The notes under the pieces are model-generated. The model did not search any database and was not told the DNA's origin. It saw only the letters and a list, made by a program, of their open reading frames with translations. Positions 26,301 through 34,910 of a stretch of DNA of 64,000 nucleotides are shown piece after piece (within the stretch, counting starts at the first letter, position 1; every line of letters starts with the position of its first letter). The translations under genes were made by a program, and so were the position numbers. Source of the stretch: Balamuthia mandrillaris (Eukaryota); NCBI GenBank assembly GCA_031835245.2, contig JAVKOQ020000064.1, forward strand, positions 124,001 to 188,000, given 5' to 3'.

Positions 26301-27193
26301 CTTGTTCTTGTTCTTGTTCTTCTTCTTCTTGTTCTTCTTCTTGTTCTTCTTGTTCTTCTTCTTGTTCTTCTTCTTCTTCTTGTTCTTCTTCTTGTTCTTG
26401 TTCTTCTTGTTCTTCTTCTTCTTCTTCTTCTTCTTCTTCTTCTTGTTCTTCTTCTTGTTCTTCTTCTTCTTCTTCTTGTTCTTGTTCTTCTTGTTCTTCT
26501 TCTTCTTGTTCTTCTTGTTCTTCTTCTTGTTCTTCTTCTTCTTCTTCTTCTTCTTCTTCTTCTTTTTCTTCTTGTTCTTGTTCTTGTTCTTCTTGTTCTT
26601 CTTCTTCTTGTTCTTCTTGTTCTTCTTCTTGTTCTTCTTCTTCTTCTTCTTCTTCTTCTTCTTCTTCTTTTTCTTCTTGTTCTTGTTCTTGTTCTTCTTC
26701 TTCTTCTTCTTCTTCTCTATCTTCTTATGTTGTTTGTTTTCCACACGCCATATTAACGCCCCTTTCTTTCTTTCATGCTTCTTCTTCCTCTTCTTTTTCT
26801 TCTCGTTCTTCTTCAGGAAATGTCGTTATTAGTTCCGGTGGTGAAGATGATTCAGCTGGAGAGCGAAAAGTATCGCCAGTTCCTCCGTTTCCCGGAGCTC
26901 GTCAAAATCTTCGTGAACGTTTGCAACCAGTTCATCGACGCCGTCTCCGTCTACAAACAAAAAGGCAGCCCCAGCCCCTCCGACATGCTCAGCGGCCTTG
27001 CCGTCGTTTTGGATAAGGTTTCCGTTCCTTCCTTCTCGTTTCTTTCTTTCTTTCTTGTTAACAGCACAATAACAAACAGGATCCTGATTACATTCGCGCG
27101 TTGGACAAACGCACGGAGCTCATCAACCGGTTGAAGGACCTGTTGGGCGTGCTTCGCAAGATCCTCATCACCGAAAAGGGTCCTATCCTCTGA
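22401..27193 (+). CDS. LD-motif-rich scaffold with C-terminal helical bundles (multi-exon)
   Basis: MEYDELDSILASF, LDSFLSELE, IDSLLAEI, FENLLKELE, LDVLLESLD and VNSLLEGLD. The amphipathic helical C-terminus ends LRKILITEKGPIL* (TGA 27191-27193). Confidence 0.65.
26213..26720. repeat. Intronic (TTC/TTG)n compound microsatellite
   Basis: About 500 bp of ttc/ttg triplets inside GT-AG intron 26178-26816. Confidence 0.95.
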
Positions 27194-27277
27194 ACAAAAA
27201 AAAAGTTTTCTTCCTTTTCTTTCTTTTCTGAGTGCTGCTTGCCGCCAAAAGGGTTCTCCCCCATGAACCTCTTTTTT

Positions 27278-27805
27278 TGAATTCTTGGCAGAAGCTGAAC
27301 CACAGTGCAAGGCAGTGCTGCCAAGGGATTGTTATACACGATGCAGCGGGTGAGAGCGGTGAGCTGGGCGAACTCCCTCGGCAAGGAAGTCAGCTGGTTG
27401 TAGGAGAGGTCGCAGGTGGTAAGAGCGGAGAGCTGTCCAAACTCCCTTGGCAAGGAGCTCAGCTTGTTTACGGAGAGGTCGCAGTAGGTGAGAGCGGAGA
27501 GCTGGCCAAACTCCCTCGGCAAGCAGCTCAGCTGGTTGAAGGAGAGCTTGCAGTCAGTGAGAGCGGTGAGTTGGCCAAACTCTCTTGGCAAGGAGCTGAG
27601 CTGGTTGATGTAGAGGTTGCAGGTGGTAACAGCGGAGAGCTGGCCAAACTCCCTCGGCAAGGAGCTCAGCTTATTGTTGGAGAGGCTGCAGTGGGTGAGA
27701 GCGGAGAGCTGGGCAAACTCCCTCGGCAAGGAGCTCAGCTTATTCATGTAGAGCTTGCAGTCAGTGAGAGCGGAGAGCTGGCCGAAGGCGCTGGGCAAAT
27801 AGGTC
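27278..27805 (-). pseudogene. Inverted LRR-family fragment (6 internal repeats plus the start of the C-cap)
   Basis: YLPSAFGQ, six LSALTxCxLxxNxLSSLPREFGQ repeats, then NNPLAALPCTVVQLLPRIQ. It lacks the N-terminal leader and the BC-box/Zn tail. Confidence 0.85.
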
Positions 27806-27874
27806 TCCCACAATGAGCTGAGCTCCCTGCCGGGGGAGTTTGGCCAGCTCTCCGCTCTCTCCCGCTGCGACCTT
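27804..27874 (+). pseudogene. Single orphan LRR module fused back-to-back with the inverted fragment
   Basis: tctcccacaatgagctgagctccctgccgggggagtttggccagctctccgctctctcccgctgcgacc encodes SHNELSSLPGEFGQLSALSRCDL on the + strand. Confidence 0.85.
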
Positions 27875-28016
27875 AACATTCCTTTTTAAAAGCTACATGG
27901 TGTTGGTTGAAAAAAAAGTGGAAGAGCTCCTCACACGCTTTTCTGAGAGGGGAGGAGCAAAACGATAAAGAAAAGGAGACTGGTGGAGAAGTGATCCTTC
28001 AAAATAAAAAGGAGTA

Positions 28017-29889
28017 ATGGAGCCGCAACGAGCAGACAAGAGAGAGGAGGAGGAGGGAAGCAAAACCCTTCCCTCCCTGCTCCAACCCTTTGCACACTCC
28101 ACCGCCTGTGACCTCCGCTTCAAACGTTTGAGCGCCTTGCCCAGTGCCTTCGACCAGCTCACCGCTCTCACTTGCTGCGACCTCTCCTACAACAAGCTGA
28201 GCTCCTTGTCGAGGGAGTTTGGCCTGCTCTCCGCTCTCTCCCGCTGCGACCTCTCCCACAACAAGCTGAGCTCCTTGCCGGGGGAGTTTGGCCTGCTCAC
28301 CGCTCTCACTGATTGCAACCTCTCCAACAACTGCCTGACTTCCTTGCCACAAGAGTTTGGTCAGCTCTCCGCTCTCACCTCTTTCAACCTCTCCGACAAC
28401 AAGCTGAGCTCCTTGCCAAACAAGTTTGGCCAGCTCTCCGCTCTCACCCACTGCGACCTCGGCAACAACAAGCAGCTGACATCCTTGCCAAGGGAGTTTG
28501 GCCTGCTCTCCGCTCTTAGGGAGTGCTATCTCAACCACAACCACAAGCTGAACTCCTTGTCGAGGGAGTTTGGCCAGCTCTCCGCTCTCACCCACTGCGA
28601 CCTCTCCAGCCACTGGCTGACCGCCTTGCCAAGCGAGTTTGGCCAGCTCTCCGCTCTCACCCGCTGCGACCTGTCCTACGGCACTGGTCTAACATCCTTG
28701 CCAAGCGAGTTTGGCCAGCTCACCGCTCTCACCTCTCTCAACCTCTCCCACAACAAGCTGACCTCCTTGCCGAGAGAGTTTGGCCAGCTCTCCGCTCTCC
28801 CACTGCTACCTCGCCTTCAACTATCTACAATCCTTGCCAAGAGAGTTTGGCCAGCTCTCCACTCTTACCCACTGCGACTTCTGCCTCAACAAGCTTACTT
28901 CTTTGCCAAGAGAGTTTGGCCAGCTCTCCGCTCTTACCCACTGCGACCTCTCCTCCAACAAGCTGACTTCCTTGCCGAGGGAATTTGGCCTGCTCACCGC
29001 TCTCTCCCGCTGCTACCTCTCCCATAACAAGCTGACGTCCTTGCCGAGGGAGTTTGGCCAGCTCTCCGCTCTTACCACCTGCCACCTCTACAACAACAAG
29101 CTGACCTGCTTGCCAAGAGAGTTTGGCCAACTCTCCACTCTCACCCTCTGCCACCTCTCCTGGAACAAGCTGAGCTCCTTGCCGAGAGAGTTTGCCCGGC
29201 TGAGCATGCTCACCCGCTGCGACCTGGATGACAATCCCTTGGCAGCACTGCCTTGCACTGTGGTTCAGCTTCTGCCAAGAATTCAAACGCACTCCCCTCA
29301 ACCCTTTCAGCAGCAAGCAGCACTTCTCGCACAACCGCAAGGGAACAACAATAATGAGCAAGAGGAGCAAGCGAAGGAGGAGAAGGAGAAGAACAGAGCG
29401 ACGCCCTCCCAATCACCGTTCATGAGGAAGAACCAGGTCACAGTGAAGAGTTTGTGGCAGTTGAGCGGAGAGACAGTGCTGAGGAACCAGCTTTTGCCCA
29501 CTGGCCTGTTGACCCCTGTTCCAGCCTCTCCCTTCACTTGGCTTTCTTCTTCTTCTTCTTCTTCCCTGCCGGCGGAGAGGAGCACAAACCAGCTGCACGG
29601 AACAAAAGAACGCAATGAAGAAGGAGACAGAAGTGTGGAGAGTGCAGAAGTGGTGCTGCCAGAAGACGTGAGGGAAAGACTGGAAAGGCTTCAGCAAAGG
29701 TGTGATGTTTGTGAACAGCTGTTTTTGGAGGCAGAGGAGGAGGCAGAAGAGGAGGAGGAAGGAAGGGAAGGAAGGGAAGTGGTGAAAAGGTATTGGGATG
29801 AGGAAAGAAGAGTGTGGTGGGAGTTGTTGTGTTGCAGCCAGAACTGCCTCCTCCGACCCCTTCCTGCCTCTTCCCTTGCCATCAAGTAG
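28017..29889 (+). pseudogene. Variable LRR gene copy 1 (~15 internal repeats, BC-box-like + Zn tail), frameshifted at ~28798
   Basis: Overlapping ORFs 28017-29027 and 28780-29889. The sequence is gctctcccactgc where the usual form is gctctctcccactgc (2-nt loss), which may be an assembly error. Confidence 0.85.
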
Positions 29890-29911
29890 ACCTTTTTTTG
29901 CAAACAGGTTT

Positions 29912-29956
<45 letters not shown>

Positions 29957-30001
29957 CATTACATTCGCCATAAACCGACGGCATTCTCCTTACAAGAAGG
30001 G

Positions 30002-30172
30002 ATGGAGACCGTAGCCTCTGTGCCTTCAGACAGGAAGAAGGAGAAGGAAGAGGCGCTTGGCTTTCCTCCTCCGCCTCTTCTTCCACCGCCTGCGACCTCT
30101 CCTCCAATGGCTTGACCGCCTTGCCGAGGGAGTTTAGCCAGCTCACCGCTCTCAATGACTGCAAGCTCGCCT
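30002..30172 (+). pseudogene. 5' remnant of an LRR gene carrying a 25-bp micro-inversion
   Basis: METVASVPSDRKKEKEEA, then the inverted segment, then STACDLSSNGLTALPREFSQLTALNDCKLA. It closely matches the start of copy 3 (32733). Confidence 0.85.
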
Positions 30173-30244
30173 TTCTTTCTTTCATACTTCTTGTTCTTCT
30201 TCTTCTTCTTCTTCTTTCTTCTTTTCCTCCGCTTTCTTCTCCAT

Positions 30245-30643
30245 CTTCTTCAGGAAATGTCATTGTTAGTTCCGGTGGTGAAGATGATTCAGCTGGAGAG
30301 CGAAAAGTATCGCCAGTTCCTCCGTTTCCCGGAGCTCGTCACGATCTTCGTGAACGTTTGCAACCAGTTCATCGACGCCGTCTCCGTCTACAAACAAAAA
30401 GGCAGCCCCAGCCCCTCGGCCTTGCCGTCGTTTTGGATAAGGTATCCATCCTTCGTTTATTTCTTGTCGTTTCTTTCTTGTCGTTTCTTTCTTTCTTTCT
30501 TTCTTGTTAACAGCACAATAACAAATAGGATCCTGACTACATTCGTGCGTTGGGCAAACGCACGGAGCTCATCAACCAGGTTGAAGGACCTGTTGTGCGT
30601 GCTTCGCAAGATCCTCATCACCGAGAAGGGTCCTATCCTCTAA
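30245..30643 (+). pseudogene. Duplicated last two exons of the upstream LD-motif gene
   Basis: Near-identical to ~26807-27195, intron included, but with a 13-nt deletion (cgacatgctcagc). Confidence 0.9.
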
Positions 30644-30727
30644 ACAAAAATCAAAATAAAAAACCCTTTGTTTTGTGTGTTTGTGTTAATTGCTTACAGT
30701 CAAGCTCTCTCTTATTTCGAAGGAGAA

Positions 30728-32596
30728 ATGGCATCGCAACCGGCAGACAAGAAGGAGGAGGAGGAAGAGGAGGAAAGCCAAGCCCTGCCCGCCCTGCTCC
30801 AACCCTTTGCACACTCCACCGCCTGCGACCTCCACAACAACGAGCTGCGCTCCTTGCCGAGGGAGCTTGGCCAACTCTCCGCTCTCACTGCGTGCGACCT
30901 CTCCGACAACGAGCTGACCTCCTTGCCAGGGGAGTTGGGCCAGCTCTCCGCTCTCACTTATTGCGACCTCAGCAACAACAAGCTGACGCTCTTGCCGAGG
31001 GAGTTTGGCCAGCTCTCCGCTCTTACCTCCTGCGTTCTCTGCCATAATCAGCTAAGCTCCTTGCCGGGGGAGTTTGGCCAACTCTCCGCTCTCACTGATT
31101 GCGACCTCTCCAACAACAAGCTTATCTCCCTGCCGAGGGAGTTTGGCCAACTCTCCGCTCTCACCTACTGCGACCTCGCCTACAACCATCTAAAATCCTT
31201 GCCAAGAGAGTTTGGGCAGCTCACTGCTCTCACCCACTGCTACCTCTCCAAAAACGAGCTGTTCTACTTGCCGAGGGAGTTTGGCCTGCTCTCCGCTCTC
31301 ACGGAGTGCGACCTCTCCAAAAACTTGCTGAACTCCTTGCCGGGGGAGTTTGGCCAGCTCTCCGCTCTCACTGATAGCAACCTTTCCAAAAACTGGCTGT
31401 GCTCCTTGCCGAGGGAGTTTGGCCTGCTCTCCGCTCTCTCCCGCTGCGACCTCTCCCGCAACGGTCTGTTGTCCTTGCCGAGAGAATTTGGCCAGCTCAC
31501 CGCTCTCTCCCACTGCGACCTCTCCCACAACCAGCTTCCTTCTTTGCCACAAGGGTTTGGTCAGCTCTCCGCTCTTGCCTCTCTCAACCTGGCTTGCAAC
31601 AAGCTGACTTCCTTGCCAAGAGAATTTGGCCGGCTCTCCGCACTTACCACCTGTAGTCTCCACGATAATCAGTTGAGCTCCTTGCCGAGGGAGTTTGGCC
31701 AGCTCTCCGCTCTCTCCCGCTGCGACCTCTACTACAACAGGCTGAGCTCCTTGCCGAGGGAGTTTGGCCGGCTCTCCGCTCTCACTTACTGCAACCTCTC
31801 CATAAACAAGCTGTGCACCTTGCCGAGAGAGTTTGGACAGCTCTCCGCCCTCACTTACTGCAACCTCTACAACAACCAGCTGGCCTCCTTGCCGAGGGAA
31901 TTCGCCCGGCTGAGCATGCTCACCCTTTGCGACCTGGATGACAATCCCTTGGCAGCCCTGCCTTGCACTGTGGTTCAGCTTCTGCCAAGAATTCAAACGC
32001 ACTCCCCTCAACCCTTTCAGCAGCAAGCAGCACTTCTTGCACAACCACAAGGGAACGGTGATGAGCAAGAGGAGCAAGCGAAGGAGGAGAACAGAGTGAC
32101 GTTCTCCCGATCACCGTCCATGAGGAAGAACCAGGTCACAGTGAAGAGTTTGTGGCAGTTGAGCGGAGAGACAGTGCTGAGGAACCAGCTTTTGCCCACT
32201 GGTCTCTTGACCCCTGTTCCAGCCTCTCCCTTCATTTGGCTTTCTTCTTCTTCTTCCCTGCCGACGGAGGGGAGCACAAACCTGCAACACGGAACAAAAG
32301 AAGAACGTAAAGAAGAAACAGAGAAAGAACAAGAAGGGAGTATGGAGGTCATCATGGTGGTGCTGCCAGAAGACGTGAGGGAAAGCCTGGAAAGGCGTCA
32401 GCGAAGGTGTGATGTTTGTGAACACCTGTTTTTGGAGGCTGAAGCGGCGGAGGAGGAGGAAGCAGGAGGAGAAGGAAGGGAAAGGGCGGTGAGAAGGTGT
32501 TGGGACGAGGAAAGAAGAGTGTGGTGGGAGTTGTTGTGTTGCAGTCAGAGCTGCCTCCTCCGACCCCTTCCTGCCCCTTCCCTTGCCCCCAAGTAG
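30728..32596 (+). CDS. Variable LRR gene copy 2 (15 internal repeats, BC-box-like + Zn tail), intronless
   Basis: MASQPADKKEEE...FAHSTACDL, (LSALTxCxLxxNxLxSLPREFGQ)x15, DDNPLAALPC, VKSLWQLSGETVLRN, LPEDVRESL...CDVC...WWELLCCSQSC. Confidence 0.93.
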   Translation: MASQPADKKEEEEEEESQALPALLQPFAHSTACDLHNNELRSLPRELGQLSALTACDLSDNELTSLPGELGQLSALTYCDLSNNKLTLLPREFGQLSALTSCVLCHNQLSSLPGEFGQLSALTDCDLSNNKLISLPREFGQLSALTYCDLAYNHLKSLPREFGQLTALTHCYLSKNELFYLPREFGLLSALTECDLSKNLLNSLPGEFGQLSALTDSNLSKNWLCSLPREFGLLSALSRCDLSRNGLLSLPREFGQLTALSHCDLSHNQLPSLPQGFGQLSALASLNLACNKLTSLPREFGRLSALTTCSLHDNQLSSLPREFGQLSALSRCDLYYNRLSSLPREFGRLSALTYCNLSINKLCTLPREFGQLSALTYCNLYNNQLASLPREFARLSMLTLCDLDDNPLAALPCTVVQLLPRIQTHSPQPFQQQAALLAQPQGNGDEQEEQAKEENRVTFSRSPSMRKNQVTVKSLWQLSGETVLRNQLLPTGLLTPVPASPFIWLSSSSSLPTEGSTNLQHGTKEERKEETEKEQEGSMEVIMVVLPEDVRESLERRQRRCDVCEHLFLEAEAAEEEEAGGEGRERAVRRCWDEERRVWWELLCCSQSCLLRPLPAPSLAPK

Positions 32597-32732
32597 ACCA
32601 ATAGATCCTATTTTTCCGCCTTTTGATTTTTGGTTGGTGGTTTGAAAGTTTTTTCAAAGATCGCTGTTTGCCTTCTCTTGTAAGGTCGACACGATGCATT
32701 TTTTTTCTTTTGTTCCACAGGCCAAGAAGGGA

Positions 32733-34406
32733 ATGGAGACCGCAGCCTCTGTGCCTTCGGACAAGAAGAAGGAGGAGGAGGAAGAGGCGGAGGAGGAAAG
32801 CCAAGCCCTGCCCTCCCTGCTTCAACCCTTTGCACACTCCACCGCCTGCGACCTCTCCTCCAATGGTTTGAGCTCCTTGCCGAGAGAATTTGGTCGGCTC
32901 ACCGCTCTCACCCGCTGCGACCTCAACGGCAACGAGCTGAGCTGCTTGCCGAGGGAGTTTGGCCAGCTCACCGCTCTCACCGAGTGCTTCCTCCACAACA
33001 ACAAGCTGGCCTCCTTGCCGAGTGAGTTTGGCCTGCTCTCCGCTCTCACAAAGTGCTACCTCGCCAGCAATGATCTAAAATCCTTGCCTTCCGAGTTTGG
33101 CCAGCTCGTCACTCTCAAATATTGCAACCTCCCAAACAACAAGCTGAGGTCCTTGCCACAAGAGTTTGGTCAGCTCTCCGCTCTCGCCTCCCTCAACCTC
33201 TGCAGCAACCAGCTGAGGTCCTTGCCGAGGGAGTTTGGCCGGCTCTCCGCTCTCTCCCACTGCTACCTCTCCAGCAACGAGCTGTTATCCTTGCCGAGAG
33301 AGTTTGGCCAGCTCTCCGCTCTCTCCCACTGCGACCTCTCCAACAACCAGCTTCCTTCTTTGCCACAAGAGTTTGGCCAGCTCTCCGCTCTTATCTCTCT
33401 CAACCTGGCCGGCAACAAGCTGAGCTCCTTGCCAAGAGAATTTGGCCAGCTCTCCGCACTTACCTCCTGCAGTCTCCGCAATAACCAGTTGACTTCCTTG
33501 CCAAGAGAATTTGGCCAGCTCTCCGCTCTCTCCCACTGCAACCTCTCCCATAACGAGCTGAGGTCCTTGCCGCGGGAGTTTGGCCAGCTCTCCGCTCTCA
33601 CTTACTGCTACCTCTCCCACAATAAGCTGAGCTCCTTGCCGCGGGAGTTTGGTCAGCTCTCCGCTCTCACCTCCTGCGACCTCTCCAACAACAAGCTGAG
33701 CTACTTGCCGAGGGAGTTCGCCCAGCTGAGCATGCTCACCCTTTGCGACCTGGATGACAATCCCTTGGCAGCACTGCCTTGCACTGTGGTTCGGTTACTT
33801 CCAGGTATTCAAACGCACTCCCCTCAACCCTTTCAGCAGCAAGCAGCACTTCTCGCACAACCGCAAGGGAACAACGACGATGAGCAAGAGGAGCAAGCAA
33901 AGGAGAAGAACAGAGTGCAATCACCATCCATGAGGAAGAACCAGGTCACAATGAAGAGTTTGTGGCAGTTGAGCGGAGAGGCGGTGCTGAGGAACCAGCT
34001 TTTGCCCACAGGTCTCTTGACCCCTGTTCCAGCCTCGCCCTTCACTTGGCTTTCTTCTTCTTCTCTGCCAGCGGAGGGGAGCACAAACCTGCAGCACGGA
34101 ACAAAAGAAGAACGTAAAGAAGAAAAAGAGAAAGAACACGCAGAAGCAGAAGAAGGGAATATGGAGGTCATCATGGTGGTGCCAGAAGAAGTGAAGGAAA
34201 GACTGGAAAGGTTGCAGAGAAGATGTGACCTTTGTGAACAGCTGTTTTTAGCAGCAGAAGAGGAGGAAGAAGGAGAAGGAAGGGAAGGAATGGCAGTAAT
34301 GCGAAGGTATTGGGATGAGGAAAGAGGAGTGTGGTGGGAGTTGTTGTGTTGCAGTCAGAGCTGCTTCCTCCGGCCCCTTCCTGCCTCTTCCCTTGCCACC
34401 AACTAG
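32733..34406 (+). CDS. Variable LRR gene copy 3 (12 internal repeats, BC-box-like + Zn tail), intronless
   Basis: Same leader, repeat consensus and tail (MKSLWQLSGEAVLRN...CDLC...CCSQSC) as copy 2. Confidence 0.93.
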   Translation: METAASVPSDKKKEEEEEAEEESQALPSLLQPFAHSTACDLSSNGLSSLPREFGRLTALTRCDLNGNELSCLPREFGQLTALTECFLHNNKLASLPSEFGLLSALTKCYLASNDLKSLPSEFGQLVTLKYCNLPNNKLRSLPQEFGQLSALASLNLCSNQLRSLPREFGRLSALSHCYLSSNELLSLPREFGQLSALSHCDLSNNQLPSLPQEFGQLSALISLNLAGNKLSSLPREFGQLSALTSCSLRNNQLTSLPREFGQLSALSHCNLSHNELRSLPREFGQLSALTYCYLSHNKLSSLPREFGQLSALTSCDLSNNKLSYLPREFAQLSMLTLCDLDDNPLAALPCTVVRLLPGIQTHSPQPFQQQAALLAQPQGNNDDEQEEQAKEKNRVQSPSMRKNQVTMKSLWQLSGEAVLRNQLLPTGLLTPVPASPFTWLSSSSLPAEGSTNLQHGTKEERKEEKEKEHAEAEEGNMEVIMVVPEEVKERLERLQRRCDLCEQLFLAAEEEEEGEGREGMAVMRRYWDEERGVWWELLCCSQSCFLRPLPASSLATN

Positions 34407-34910
34407 TTCTCGCAAATAGGTTTCCTAGTATCGCTCTCTTCCTCTCTAGTTCTCGCAAACACAACACAAAAGAAGAACCAGACACGAAAGAAACGACAAG
34501 AACTGAAACAGACCAGAACTCAATTGCTCTCAGAGTGGAATACTTTATTGTGCAAAACACAAACATATAATACAAAAAAAAAAATAACAAACAAGCATTA
34601 CACCAAAGAACCAACTCTGGTTTCCGGCTCGAACGTTCCAGTGTTTTGCTCTTTAGCGCCAGTATGCGAAGAGTGGTCCGAGACGACGAGGATCGGTCAC
34701 TCTTCCGTGGATCTCACCTCACAATTGCGATGCTGCCCTCTGTCGACGCGTCGGTTACGTCAATTAGGCGAACCATTTCTCCGTTATAGGTGGGGTGACC
34801 TCCCCATCAACAATACGTACCACACCTTCCAATCTTTCTGCTTTCTTGGTCTCCGTTCGTGTCTTTATTTTCTCCCTGTTTGCTGTTACTTACTCTCCTA
34901 CAAACCGAAC

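Noticed and set aside
25974..27016. Poly-K/N, poly-L/V, poly-S/C and poly-F ORFs
   Set aside because: They are translations of an intronic triplet microsatellite.
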